A DNA stretch of 64,000 bases from an uncultured Phycisphaerales bacterium (lineage in GTDB: Bacteria; Planctomycetota; Phycisphaerae; Sedimentisphaerales; Anaerobacaceae), in assembly GCA_963718665.1 (NCBI GenBank), contig OY970359.1, positions 1,568,001 through 1,632,000 of the forward strand. The letters are read 5' to 3'. The notes beneath the pieces are model-generated. The model was not told the DNA's origin. It ran no database searches and saw only the letters and a program-made list of their open reading frames with translations. The position numbers were made by a program, and so were the translations under genes. Positions 28,615 through 38,427 of the stretch are shown here, piece after piece (within the stretch, counting starts at the first letter, position 1; each line of letters starts with the position of its first letter).

Positions 28615-29349
28615 TCAGCCCTTTAACCTGCCAAAGGGGAATACCTTGGTCATTTCATTTTGAATATAGAGCATAGCATCAGGCGACGATAATCGCCAGT
28701 AGGTCGGGCAGGGCGAGAGAAGCTCGACTAAGCTAAGACCCTTGGCGTTATTTATTTGCAGTTCAAACGCGTGTTTGAGAGCGGCTTTCGCTTTGCGGAT
28801 ATGGGCTGGGCTGCAAAGTCCGCATCGCTCGACATAAATTGCCCCGGGCAGAACAGCCAAAAGTTCTGAAACATTTAATGGGTATCCCTGGCCGTCAGCT
28901 TTTCTTCCATTCTGGGTGGTGGCGGTGATTTGGCCAAGCATCGTTGTCGGGGCCATTTGTCCGCCCGTCATACCGAATACGGCGTTATTGATGAAGACGA
29001 CTGTGAGTTGTTCGGCACGATGGGCGGCGTGGATAATTTCGGCTGTTCCGATTGCCGCGAGGTCGCCGTCGCCCTGGTATGAGAAGATGATTTTGTCGGG
29101 GTTGGTTCTTTTCATTCCTGTCGCGACCGCGGGGGCTCTGCCGTGAGCGACTTCGACCATATCGACGTCGAGATAATCGTAAGCGAGAACCGCACAACCC
29201 ACCGGTGCGATGCCGATGGTTTTGCCGTGGATGCCTAATTCGTCGATTACCTCGGAGACGAGCCGATGCGCGATGCCGTGGCCGCAGCCCGGGCAATAAT
29301 GCGTCGGGCAATCTTTAAGCGTCGGCGTTCTTTTAAATACGGTCTGCAT
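28615..29349 (-). CDS. 2-oxoacid:ferredoxin oxidoreductase beta (TPP-binding) subunit
   Basis: YCPGCGHG, HGRA, GDGD..NN, LSPCP. Confidence 0.93.
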   Translation of the reverse strand: MQTVFKRTPTLKDCPTHYCPGCGHGIAHRLVSEVIDELGIHGKTIGIAPVGCAVLAYDYLDVDMVEVAHGRAPAVATGMKRTNPDKIIFSYQGDGDLAAIGTAEIIHAAHRAEQLTVVFINNAVFGMTGGQMAPTTMLGQITATTQNGRKADGQGYPLNVSELLAVLPGAIYVERCGLCSPAHIRKAKAALKHAFELQINNAKGLSLVELLSPCPTYWRLSSPDAMLYIQNEMTKVFPFGRLKG

Positions 29350-29354
29350 CGGCT

Positions 29355-30434
29355 TTATTTCTTCGCTTTTTTAAGCAACTGTTCGATTTTTTCGAGGACT
29401 TTTTCAACGGTTACTATTCCGCCGCCGGGCCTGCCCCAGAATACAACTGGCGATTTGCCCGCGACTGCCAAACGGACGTCCTCTACCATTTGGCCGCAGC
29501 TCATTTCGACGACAAGGAAAATTGGTGACTTATCCGCAACCTTACTTATCTGCTCGGCTGGGAAGGGCCAAAGCGTAATCGGCCTGATACAGCCGACTTT
29601 GATTCCCTGCTCCCTGGCTTGTTGTGCGGCGCGTCGGGCGATTCTGGCGCAGATGCCATAAGCGACGATGATAATATCAGCGTCATCAATATCTGACTGT
29701 TCGCAGCGTGTTTCATTTTTTTCGATTTGGCGATACTTGGCCTGGAGGTCGTAGTTATGCTGTTCGACCGCACCATCCGCCAGCCACAGCGAGCGGACGA
29801 TATTTTGTTTTCTGCCGTCGGCTCCCGTTAAAGCCCAGTCCTTCTTTGGCAGTTTCGAGTTTTGAGTCGTAAGTTTTGAGTTCGTTGGTATCACGACGGG
29901 TTCCATCATTTGGCCGATTATGCCGTCGGCGAGAATAATAGCAGGTATTCGATATTTGTCCGCCAGGTCGAAGGCAAGCGGCATAATATCGGCAAATTCC
30001 TGGACGCCCGATGGGCCGAAGACGATGCAGTGGTAATCGCCGTGGCCTCCGCCTTTTACGGACTGGAAGTAATCACCTTGTGATGGGGCGATATTGCCCA
30101 GGCCGGGGCCTCCCCGCATAACATTTACGATTACACAGGGCAGTTCCGCGGCGGCGAGATAGCTTATGCCTTCCTGCATCAAACTGATGCCCGGGCTGGA
30201 AGAGCTGGTCATAGCTCGTTTACCTGTCGCTGCTGCGCCGAAGACCATATTTATCGCTGCCAGCTCGCTTTCGCTCTGGACGAAGACCCTTTTTTCTTCG
30301 GGCATTCTTTGCGACATATAGGCGGTAACTTCATTCTGTGGCGTGATGGGATAGCCGAAATACGCATCAAGCCCGGCCTGTATCGCCGCCTCCGCCATCG
30401 CTTCATTACCGCACATTAAAACTCTATCGCTCAC
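29355..30434 (-). CDS. vorB: 2-oxoacid:ferredoxin oxidoreductase alpha subunit (VorB-like)
   Basis: GYPITPQ, SESELAA, TSSSSPG, RGGPGLG. Confidence 0.9.
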   Translation of the reverse strand: MSDRVLMCGNEAMAEAAIQAGLDAYFGYPITPQNEVTAYMSQRMPEEKRVFVQSESELAAINMVFGAAATGKRAMTSSSSPGISLMQEGISYLAAAELPCVIVNVMRGGPGLGNIAPSQGDYFQSVKGGGHGDYHCIVFGPSGVQEFADIMPLAFDLADKYRIPAIILADGIIGQMMEPVVIPTNSKLTTQNSKLPKKDWALTGADGRKQNIVRSLWLADGAVEQHNYDLQAKYRQIEKNETRCEQSDIDDADIIIVAYGICARIARRAAQQAREQGIKVGCIRPITLWPFPAEQISKVADKSPIFLVVEMSCGQMVEDVRLAVAGKSPVVFWGRPGGGIVTVEKVLEKIEQLLKKAKK

Positions 30435-30721
30435 TTCGATTCTCTGGCTAAGTTATTTATTTCGTTTTTTTTTATTGGGTTGACGGACTTTATGTCAATT
30501 TTATCAGAGCCGGCTTTGTCCCGATATACCTCGATGGCACAATCCGGGCAGATAATCGCACAGTTGGCGCAGCCGGTGCAATTTGGCCCTGTGGATTCAG
30601 CGGGGAAGTATCCCTTGCTGTTGGACTTCTCCGAAATGGTTATTACGTTGTTGGGGCACGCGGTAACACAAAGGGTGCAGCCCTTGCAACGTTCGATATC
30701 GATTATAATTTTTCCGGTCAT
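30431..30721 (-). CDS. 2x[4Fe-4S] ferredoxin (delta subunit)
   Basis: CKGCTLCVTACP and CTGCANCAIICP; start at ATG 30721 or GTG 30736. Confidence 0.9.
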   Translation of the reverse strand: MTGKIIIDIERCKGCTLCVTACPNNVITISEKSNSKGYFPAESTGPNCTGCANCAIICPDCAIEVYRDKAGSDKIDIKSVNPIKKNEINNLARESK

Positions 30722-30733
30722 TTGCGTCTCATT

Positions 30734-30833
30734 CACCGCAGAAAACCCTCCTTCGCCCATACAACGGACTACGGAGGGCAGGCAACGGAGAACGCTGAGA
30801 AAATTTTTAAATAATGCCCGTGGTCTCCGCGGT
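30734..30833. repeat. 9-nt-period hairpin element with a nested mini-palindrome (30747-30782)
   Basis: accgcagaa..[cctccttcgc...ctacggagggcagg]..cggag aacgctgag, loop, cccgtggt ctccgcggt. Confidence 0.65.
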
Positions 30834-30897
30834 AATTGTCGCAACATTATACCGAAGGAGCCAGCGGTTGTAAAGAATAATGAGGCGTATCAACCGC

Positions 30898-32094
30898 TCA
30901 ATAACCGGGCTTGAGGAACAGGTAATATAGTCGGCCTTCCTGGTATGTTTGGCCTGCGAGTTTGCCCGCCGAGTCGCCGATTCCGAGGTAAATATCGCAT
31001 CTGCCTGCCGCGCGGATAGCGCCGCCTGTATCCTGGTCGAGGGCGAAGCCGGCGAACGGGTCGGTATAAGTCATATTGCCTATCTGGCGGGGGAGATTTG
31101 TTGTGAAAAACGTAAGAGCACCGCGGGGGAAGATGGATTTGTCGGTGGCTATGCTTCTGTAAGCGATGACCGGCTCATTCAGACTGCCGTGAGGTCCGCC
31201 TTGTTCTGCCTGCCTGAAAAATACGAAGCGGGGGTTAATCTGGGTGTATTGGCGGACAAGCGCCGAGTTGGCTTTGAAATAATCTATAAGCGATGCCAAA
31301 CTGACACGGTCCGCTGGTATTTTCCCTTCGTTGATGAGCTGTTTGATGATGCTTTTATATTCGTAGCCGTTGTTGGCGGCGTAGCCGTAAGTTACAAGCC
31401 GACCATCGGGCATGCGAATGACCGCTGAACCCTGAACGTGGGCGATATATACCTTGAAGGGGTCGTCGAGCCAGACGATTTCGTTTCCGGCGAGTATATT
31501 GGAATTTTCGATTTCAGCGCGTGCCGGGTATGGTGTAATTTGGCCGTCGGCGCCTTTTCTGCCGAGAATTTGGCCGTTTTCGCCTTTGACTAAGTCATTG
31601 GGCTGGCGGTAGAGGGGATACTGATATTGTGCTGTTTTAACGGTTGAGCCGGAGAAGATGGGGGTGTAGTAGCCGGTGAACAGAACGGTGCCTGCGTCAT
31701 CGCAGCCGACGGACATATAAACGTCGAATTTCTGACGGATGGCGTCGTTGAGCTGACTGCCCGTCAGACCTGATTTGAGCAGGTCTTTAAAGGCAGTAAG
31801 GGATTTGACGACCTGTTCGTGTGTGATGTCTGCGTATGGATAAAATTGGTTGCTCGACGGTTTTTTAAGGTAGTCGAGCGAATTATCAATGGCTGTGGAG
31901 AGATTGGCCAGATTGTGACAGGCGCTGGTGAAATCCGGGATTTCAGCGGGATTGGTAATTTTTCGCAAGGCGAGCTGACCCGGGGCAAGGGGCTTGTCGT
32001 ACTGGGGAGCGACGACTGCGCTGGGTTTTTGGCAGCCGACGGCTGTAAGAATAATGGCGGTCAACACGGCGTAAAGCAATATCCTGATTTTCAT
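30898..32094 (-). CDS. mltA: Membrane-bound lytic murein transglycosylase A, lipoprotein
   Basis: Lipobox TAVGC, FTGYYTP, VQGS, NPRFVFF, QDTGGAI. Confidence 0.9.
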   Translation of the reverse strand: MKIRILLYAVLTAIILTAVGCQKPSAVVAPQYDKPLAPGQLALRKITNPAEIPDFTSACHNLANLSTAIDNSLDYLKKPSSNQFYPYADITHEQVVKSLTAFKDLLKSGLTGSQLNDAIRQKFDVYMSVGCDDAGTVLFTGYYTPIFSGSTVKTAQYQYPLYRQPNDLVKGENGQILGRKGADGQITPYPARAEIENSNILAGNEIVWLDDPFKVYIAHVQGSAVIRMPDGRLVTYGYAANNGYEYKSIIKQLINEGKIPADRVSLASLIDYFKANSALVRQYTQINPRFVFFRQAEQGGPHGSLNEPVIAYRSIATDKSIFPRGALTFFTTNLPRQIGNMTYTDPFAGFALDQDTGGAIRAAGRCDIYLGIGDSAGKLAGQTYQEGRLYYLFLKPGY

Positions 32095-32257
32095 ACGATT
32101 CCTTCTTTGCATAAACGAACAGACCCCCCTTCGTGCCTTTCAAGCGGCACTCGATGGATTCGACTAACAAATCAGGGTCTTATAATTAGTGTGTCGGCGA
32201 AGCAGGGAGTGAATCTTTAATGGTATTAGCCAGGTACGAAGAATGGTGAAAATGCGC

Positions 32258-32390
32258 AAAAAAAAGGAGCATCACTGGGGTCCTACGAGCACCCACACCC
32301 AAAATGCCCTGTAAGAGCCGCGCGGCGATACTCCTTATATTGTTGACTGCTGCCACAGAATATAGCAGTCGGAATATCTGTTTATAATGA
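32258..32390 (-). ncRNA. Candidate small RNA or structured terminator region
   Basis: Stem GGAGTATCGC/GTGATGCTCC followed by T8; upstream hairpin GACTGCT/AGCAGTC; TATAAT at 32394-32399. Confidence 0.35.
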
Positions 32391-32473
32391 CGTATTATAT
32401 CACAGATTTATTGCAAACTGCTATCAGAGCAACCCTGATTTTGATGGCAAAAATACCTGATTGGGTTTTTGGG

Positions 32474-33127
32474 TCAATCTTCCAGGGAGGTGATGCCCTT
32501 GCGGATGGCGTATTTGGTCAGTTCAGCAACATTATGAATATTGAGCTTGCTCATTATCTGCCTGCGGTGCGTTTCGACTGTTTTGACGCTGATATGCAGT
32601 TTTAGGGCGATTTGCTTGGTGGAATTGCCCTCCGCTATAAGCTGGACGACCTCTTTTTCCCTGTCAGTGAGGATGTCCGGGCCTGCGAACTCGGTTGTGG
32701 CAAGCCGATGGAGATAATCCTCGATGACGACGCCGGATATGGCGGGGCTGAGATAAGTTTTGTCGTCGGCGACGGTTCGTATGGCTCTTGTAAGCTCCTC
32801 GAAGGCGCAATCCTTGAGCAGGTATCCGGCTGCGCCGCTTTTGAGCATTTCTGTTACGAAAAGGGCGTCTGAATGCATCGAAAGGGCGATAATTTTAATG
32901 TCGGGTGATTTTGCGAGTATTTGCTTTGTGGCTTCGACCCCGTTGAGGTCGGGCATAGTTACGTCCATAATTATGACATCCGGGGCAAGCTCAGCGGCCA
33001 GCCGAACAGCAGCCCGACCATTATCCGCCTCGGCTACAACCTCCATATCTTTTTGTTTTTCGAGCAGTGAACGGAGACCCTGGCGTGTGATTTTGTGGTC
33101 ATCTGCCAACAGGATTCTTGTGCTCAT
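32474..33127 (-). CDS. NarL/LuxR family response regulator
   Basis: REC (ADDH, MDVTMP, GYLLK) plus LuxR HTH (LTDRE, SVKTVETHR). Confidence 0.95.
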   Translation of the reverse strand: MSTRILLADDHKITRQGLRSLLEKQKDMEVVAEADNGRAAVRLAAELAPDVIIMDVTMPDLNGVEATKQILAKSPDIKIIALSMHSDALFVTEMLKSGAAGYLLKDCAFEELTRAIRTVADDKTYLSPAISGVVIEDYLHRLATTEFAGPDILTDREKEVVQLIAEGNSTKQIALKLHISVKTVETHRRQIMSKLNIHNVAELTKYAIRKGITSLED

Positions 33128-33169
33128 TTTCGTTCTCCTGTCCCGCTGGTTATTTCGACACAGACCGGG

Positions 33170-35584
33170 TTACACGGGTTGTTTTTTCTTTGTCCGCCGC
33201 CGGCCGTTTTTTCCAGAGCGGGCGCCTGAAAAACGGATGCGTGGTATCTTTGGTTTTTCTATTGGGGCAGTCATGATGATTTGCGTGCCTTTTTTTCGCC
33301 CTGACTGTATGATAACACTTCCGCCTATCTGGTCAAGTCGTTCCCGGATATTAAACAGTCCGAAACCCCCTTTTGTAAAGTCCTTGGCAGGATTTAGGGC
33401 CGTGATGTCGAAGCCGACGCCGTTGTCCTCGACAGTAACCTGAATATTGTCATCAACTGCGCGGGCGTAAACTTTCGCCTTTTTGGCTCTGGCGTGCTTG
33501 ACTACGTTGACTAAGAGTTCTCGCACCGCCTGGAACAGCAGCACCCGGATATCAGCGTTAAGTGGTTTTGGTTTTTCGTCGTTTATGAATTCGACATCCA
33601 GGCCGAATCGCTGCCTGGTTTGTCTGGTTAACCAGCCAACGGCTGCCTCGAAACCAAACTCGTAAAGAACGGGCGGGCTTATTTCGAAAGTAAGCGACCT
33701 AGATGCATCGATGGTCTGCGAGATTAGGTTGATTACCTCTTTGAGCGATTTGGCCAGGCTTGGTTTGACGTCGTCTTTCAGCGATTCGAGTTTAATTTTG
33801 GAAATGGCGAGGTTCTGGGCTATGTGGTCGTGGAGCTCGGCGGCGATTCGTCTTCTGAGCCGTTCCTCAGCCAGCGAAAGTTCCGAGGCGAGAGAGCGCA
33901 GTTGCTGCTGATAGAGCATAAGTTTTTCTTCCGCCTCTTTTCGTTGTGTGATGTCCTGGGCCGTGCCTTCGTAATAGAGAATTTTGCCTTTGGCGTCTTT
34001 TACGGCAAAGGCGCTTTCGGAAACGAAAAGCTTTGTGCCGTCGGGTCTGAGCCAGATGGACTCAAGACCGATGACCCTGCCTTCTTTTTTTATGAGTTTT
34101 TTGAATATGGAGCGTGGCGTTGACGGGTCAAATCCCTTTTTTTCAATGTTGAATTTTGCCAGTTGTTTAAATGACCGGCAGCCCATCATTTTGATAAGAG
34201 CGGGGTTGGCAAGCAGTATTTGCCCGTTTGGTGTGGTTCTGTAAAGTCCGACGATTGTGTTTTCAAAGATGCTTCTGAATCGCACTTCGGCGTCTCGCAG
34301 GGACTTTTCGGCGTGTTTGCGCTCGGCGACTTCTTTTTGTAAAGTTTCAACTGCCTTGGCCAGGTCGGCGGTTCTTTGCTTTACTCTTATTTCAAGCTCT
34401 TCGTGTGCTTTTTGAAGCTGTTCTTCTGCCTTTTTGCGTTCAGTGATGTCTTTTATGATTCCCTGCGTTCCGGCGGTTTTGCCGTCCTGTATGATGAGGG
34501 ACGAGCTAAGTTCGATAAATACGCGGGAGCCGTCTTTCTTTTTGGCCTCGAGGTAGAGGACGCCGTGCTTTTTACCCTGCAGTTTTTCGGCGAATTTATT
34601 AACGGCTTTTGGTATTTCAGATTCGACCAGAAAATTTGTGAAGTTTTTACCGACCATTTCTTGCGGCTTGTAACCGAATATCTTTTCGCTGGCAGGCGAC
34701 AGGTATGTTATGAAACCTCTTGTGTCGGTCATAAAAACCATATCGGAGCTTCGTTCGGCAAGACCTCTGAATTTTTCTTCGGACTGCCGCAGGGCATCTT
34801 CGGTGTGTTTGCGTTCGGTTGTGTCGGTGAAAAAGCCGACAAAACAGGCCTTGTTGTTGATGACAATGCGGGTTGCGCTGATATCGGCGTAAAAAACGGT
34901 TCCGTTTTTGCGAAGACACGGTATGTTTTGGGTGAATGCTACTTCACTTCGCATAAGAGCTTCGAATCGGCCCGACACATACCGCAAGTGTTCCTTTGGG
35001 TGTATATCGTTTACGGCCATACGAGTCAGTTCTTCAGCGGTGTAGCCGAACATTTTGCAGATAGCCGGATTGGCGTAAATAAACTGCCTCGTTTCAATAG
35101 TTCCGACTATGATTCCTTCCCTTGCGGATTCGAATATCGCCTTATATCTGGTTTCGGATTCCAGCAGGGCCAGCTCTGCTTTTTTTCGCTCGGTGATATC
35201 CCGGTTTGCGCCGATGATGCCTATTATATTTCCGTTTTTGTCCCGCCAGGGCAATTTTGTGCACAAGCTCCAGTTTTCCTGCCCGTCTTTGCGGCGGGTC
35301 CTGTGCACTTCCTCGTTCATAATTGGCTTGCCGGTTTTTATTATCTCCTGCTCGGCTGTATAGAATGTGCCGGCTAATTCGGGCTCAAATAAATCAAAAT
35401 CACTCTTGCCGGTCGGGTCTCCCGAAAAAGGCAGGTCTGAGTCCTTTTCTACTGCTTTATTGCAGATGACGAATCGGCCTTTCGTGTCCTTTACATAAAG
35501 GCGGTCAGGCAGGGCGTCTATAAGGGTTCGCAGGAGTTCAATTTCCTGGATAAGCTGTTCTTTGGTTTTATCTGAATCGTTCAT
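33170..35584 (-). CDS. Cytoplasmic multi-PAS sensor histidine kinase (HisKA_3)
   Basis: Four PAS/PAC repeats ending D(I/T)T(E/Q)RK; RRIAAELHD, NVVKHA, DNGVGF, GFGL. Confidence 0.93.
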   Translation of the reverse strand: MNDSDKTKEQLIQEIELLRTLIDALPDRLYVKDTKGRFVICNKAVEKDSDLPFSGDPTGKSDFDLFEPELAGTFYTAEQEIIKTGKPIMNEEVHRTRRKDGQENWSLCTKLPWRDKNGNIIGIIGANRDITERKKAELALLESETRYKAIFESAREGIIVGTIETRQFIYANPAICKMFGYTAEELTRMAVNDIHPKEHLRYVSGRFEALMRSEVAFTQNIPCLRKNGTVFYADISATRIVINNKACFVGFFTDTTERKHTEDALRQSEEKFRGLAERSSDMVFMTDTRGFITYLSPASEKIFGYKPQEMVGKNFTNFLVESEIPKAVNKFAEKLQGKKHGVLYLEAKKKDGSRVFIELSSSLIIQDGKTAGTQGIIKDITERKKAEEQLQKAHEELEIRVKQRTADLAKAVETLQKEVAERKHAEKSLRDAEVRFRSIFENTIVGLYRTTPNGQILLANPALIKMMGCRSFKQLAKFNIEKKGFDPSTPRSIFKKLIKKEGRVIGLESIWLRPDGTKLFVSESAFAVKDAKGKILYYEGTAQDITQRKEAEEKLMLYQQQLRSLASELSLAEERLRRRIAAELHDHIAQNLAISKIKLESLKDDVKPSLAKSLKEVINLISQTIDASRSLTFEISPPVLYEFGFEAAVGWLTRQTRQRFGLDVEFINDEKPKPLNADIRVLLFQAVRELLVNVVKHARAKKAKVYARAVDDNIQVTVEDNGVGFDITALNPAKDFTKGGFGLFNIRERLDQIGGSVIIQSGRKKGTQIIMTAPIEKPKIPRIRFSGARSGKNGRRRTKKKQPV

Positions 35585-36078
35585 TGTTTAGTCCGCGGAT
35601 GCTGGCGGTCAAGACCGAAGGTCCTGAGCCAGAGTTCGGTTTCACTTTCTGTCAGGCCCGTGCGTTTGGCGGCCGGTTCTTTGCCTCGTTTTTGTTTGCT
35701 GAGCCGTTTTGTTACTATGGCCCAGAATTCATCGGATTTGATGGAGGTTGCTTTTCGTGCGGAAGCAGCGTCTCGAATTTTACGGTCGGTGCTGACGATA
35801 GTCAGGTGTGCGGGGGCGGTGCTGTCGAGTATTCTCTGTTCAATAATGGTGTCGCAATCGGTATTGCGGCCGGAGAAGGTGATTTCCAGATTGCTTAAAT
35901 TGTTGAATCCGGTTTTGTCGGGCGGGCCTATGCCGTCGAAGATGATTTCGGCTTTGTCGCGTGTAATGCCGAAGTATGTATCGAGGGCCTGACACATCGC
36001 GACATCGGTTACGGATGTGTCTTCATCGGGGTTTTGAATGGCCCACAGCAGATTGTGTCCGTCGATAATAACCGGCAT
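35581..36078 (-). CDS. YacP-like NYN domain protein
   Basis: IIDGHNLL, IIFDG, VSTDR. Confidence 0.8.
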   Translation of the reverse strand: MPVIIDGHNLLWAIQNPDEDTSVTDVAMCQALDTYFGITRDKAEIIFDGIGPPDKTGFNNLSNLEITFSGRNTDCDTIIEQRILDSTAPAHLTIVSTDRKIRDAASARKATSIKSDEFWAIVTKRLSKQKRGKEPAAKRTGLTESETELWLRTFGLDRQHPRTKQ

Positions 36079-36096
36079 CGTTCAACACCGCCTTGC

Positions 36097-37422
36097 TTAC
36101 GGCGGACAGGATTTCGCAGAAAACCTTATTTCTCCGCCGACGATTGTTTTTTCAACCCTGCCCTTAACGATCCAGCCGTTATATGGGCAGTTTTTGCTTT
36201 TTGAGCGGAATGTGTTTACGTCGATTTTGTATTCGGCGTTGGGGTCGATGATTGTTACGTCGGCCTGTTTGCCTTTTGACATTGTTCCCTTGTCCACGCC
36301 GATGATTTTCGCGGGCTTTTCCGCCATCAGCCGAATTAGTCCGGGCCAGTCGAGGATTCCCGGCTCAATCAGCGCCTTGATATACAGAGGCAAAGCGCAC
36401 TCCAGCCCGATGAGTCCGAACGGCGCCGCCAGAAACTCAAGCTCCTTTTCGCTTTGCAGGTGCGGGGCGTGGTCGGTAACTAATGCGTCAACCAGCCCGT
36501 TGGCAATCGCTTCTTTCAGGGCCTCGATGTCCTTTTCGGTTCGCAAGGGCGGGTTTACCTTGTAGTTGGTGTCGTATTCGGCGCAGCATTTTTCAGTCAG
36601 CAGCAGGTGATGAGGTGTTACCTCGCAGGTTACAGGCAGGCCCAGTTTTTTTGCTGCTCGAATCAGCTCGACGGAGCCGGCGGTCGAGATATGCTGTGCG
36701 TGATAGCGAACCGTTCCCGCCTTTATTTTTTTGACGAGCTGAATATCGCGCCAGAGCATCGCTTCTTCGGCAAGCGGGTCAAGACCCGGCAGGCCGAGGA
36801 TTGTTGAGTAATAGCCGGAGTTCATCACGCCTTTGCCGGCGATTTTATCATCCTGGCAGTGCTGGGCGATGACGATGTTAAACATCTGGGCATACTTGAG
36901 CGCACGCAGCATTACCGAGGCGTCCTGAACGCCTGAGCCGTCGTCTGTGAAACCGACTGCTCCGGCCTGGGACATAAAGCCCATCTCGGCAAGCTCAACG
37001 CCTTCTCTTCCTTTAGTTATGGAACCCATTGTGTAAACGTGCGTTTTCCTGGCTTTTCTCGCTTTTCGATGGACGTATTCGACGTCTGTTTCATCTTCTA
37101 TTGGAGGGGTTGTATTGGGCATACAAACAACCGATGTGAATCCCCCCGCGACCGCGGCGGCTGAACCGCTGGCGATTGTTTCTTCTTCTTCATCGCCGGG
37201 TTCGCGGAAATGAACGTGTATATCAATAAGGCCCGGCACGACGAGTTTGCCCGTCGCGTCGATAACATTTGCGACGGGTTTCCTGACGCGTCCGACCTCG
37301 ACAAATTTTTCGTCGGCAATCAGCACGTCGCATTTTCTGTTGATTCTGTTTGCCGGGTCGATTACGTGACCGTTTTTTATAAGCAGCTCATCGCCCATAA
37401 GTTTTTTTGCTTTATTAACCAT
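36097..37422 (-). CDS. pyrC: Dihydroorotase
   Basis: DIHVHFREPG, MPNT, KVNPPLR, TDHAPH. Confidence 0.95.
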   Translation of the reverse strand: MVNKAKKLMGDELLIKNGHVIDPANRINRKCDVLIADEKFVEVGRVRKPVANVIDATGKLVVPGLIDIHVHFREPGDEEEETIASGSAAAVAGGFTSVVCMPNTTPPIEDETDVEYVHRKARKARKTHVYTMGSITKGREGVELAEMGFMSQAGAVGFTDDGSGVQDASVMLRALKYAQMFNIVIAQHCQDDKIAGKGVMNSGYYSTILGLPGLDPLAEEAMLWRDIQLVKKIKAGTVRYHAQHISTAGSVELIRAAKKLGLPVTCEVTPHHLLLTEKCCAEYDTNYKVNPPLRTEKDIEALKEAIANGLVDALVTDHAPHLQSEKELEFLAAPFGLIGLECALPLYIKALIEPGILDWPGLIRLMAEKPAKIIGVDKGTMSKGKQADVTIIDPNAEYKIDVNTFRSKSKNCPYNGWIVKGRVEKTIVGGEIRFSAKSCPP

Positions 37423-38392
37423 TTTGTACTTGTGCCTGTTTTTCAGCCGCGGCCTGGTTCACCAGGAACAGCACAGCCATTCTTACGGTGACGCCGTTGG
37501 TTACCTGCTGGAGTATGACACTGTTTTTACCGTCGGCGACTTCACTTTCTATTTCGAGTCCCCTGTTGATTGGGCCGGGGTGCATAACGAGTATGTCGGA
37601 CTTTGCCCTTTTCATTCTCTCCACGGTCAGGCCGAAGTAGTGAGAGTATTCGCGTACCGAAGGGAACGGGTTGCCGCCTAAGCGTTCAAACTGGATTCGG
37701 AGCATATTTATTACGTCAACTTTTTCGATAACGTCATCGAGCGAGTAGCTGATTTTGACGGGCAGCTGCTCGACTTTGGGCGGCATCAGCGTCGGAGGCC
37801 CGACGAATGTTACCTCGGCCCCGAGTTTTGTCATTGCCCACATATCACTGCGGGCAACCCGTGAATGCGATATATCGCCTACGATTGCGATTTTTAGTCC
37901 CTTGAGCGAACCTTTGCGTTTGCGGATAGTGAAGACGTCTAGCAGGCCCTGGGTGGGGTGTTCGCAGTAGCCGTCGCCGGCGTTGACGACGCAGGCGTTG
38001 ATATATTTGCTGAGAAGCGTAGGCGCGCCGCCCGCGTTGTGACGGATGACAACGATATCGATGCCCATCGCTTCGAGGTTACGTGCGGTGTCGAGAAGCG
38101 TCTCGCCCTTGCTGACGGAGCTGTCTTTTTTGGTGAATTCGACGACATCGGCACTTAGCCGATTGGCGGCCAGGGCGAAGCTGTTTCGTGTGCGGGTGCT
38201 GTCCTCGAAGAAGAGATTGACCACGAGCTTGCCTCGCAGGGGCGGGGCTTTTTTTACCGCTCTTGCGCTTATTTCCTCGAAGCCCTGCGCGGTGTCGAGG
38301 ATGTAAGTAATTTCCTGGGCGGTTAATTCTCTAAGGCCGAGCAGATGTTTACGCTGCCATTTAAATTCCTTTATTTTGCCCTTTTCAGCCAT
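37415..38392 (-). CDS. pyrB: Aspartate carbamoyltransferase catalytic subunit
   Basis: STRTR, HPTQ, HSRVARS, MHPGP. Confidence 0.96.
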   Translation of the reverse strand: MAEKGKIKEFKWQRKHLLGLRELTAQEITYILDTAQGFEEISARAVKKAPPLRGKLVVNLFFEDSTRTRNSFALAANRLSADVVEFTKKDSSVSKGETLLDTARNLEAMGIDIVVIRHNAGGAPTLLSKYINACVVNAGDGYCEHPTQGLLDVFTIRKRKGSLKGLKIAIVGDISHSRVARSDMWAMTKLGAEVTFVGPPTLMPPKVEQLPVKISYSLDDVIEKVDVINMLRIQFERLGGNPFPSVREYSHYFGLTVERMKRAKSDILVMHPGPINRGLEIESEVADGKNSVILQQVTNGVTVRMAVLFLVNQAAAEKQAQVQNG

Positions 38393-38427
38393 ACCTGGCG
38401 ACCGCCTTAACTTAATTTTTAATCAGG

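Noticed and set aside
34376..35377. 333-aa plus-strand ORF
   Set aside because: Antisense shadow of the PAS histidine kinase.
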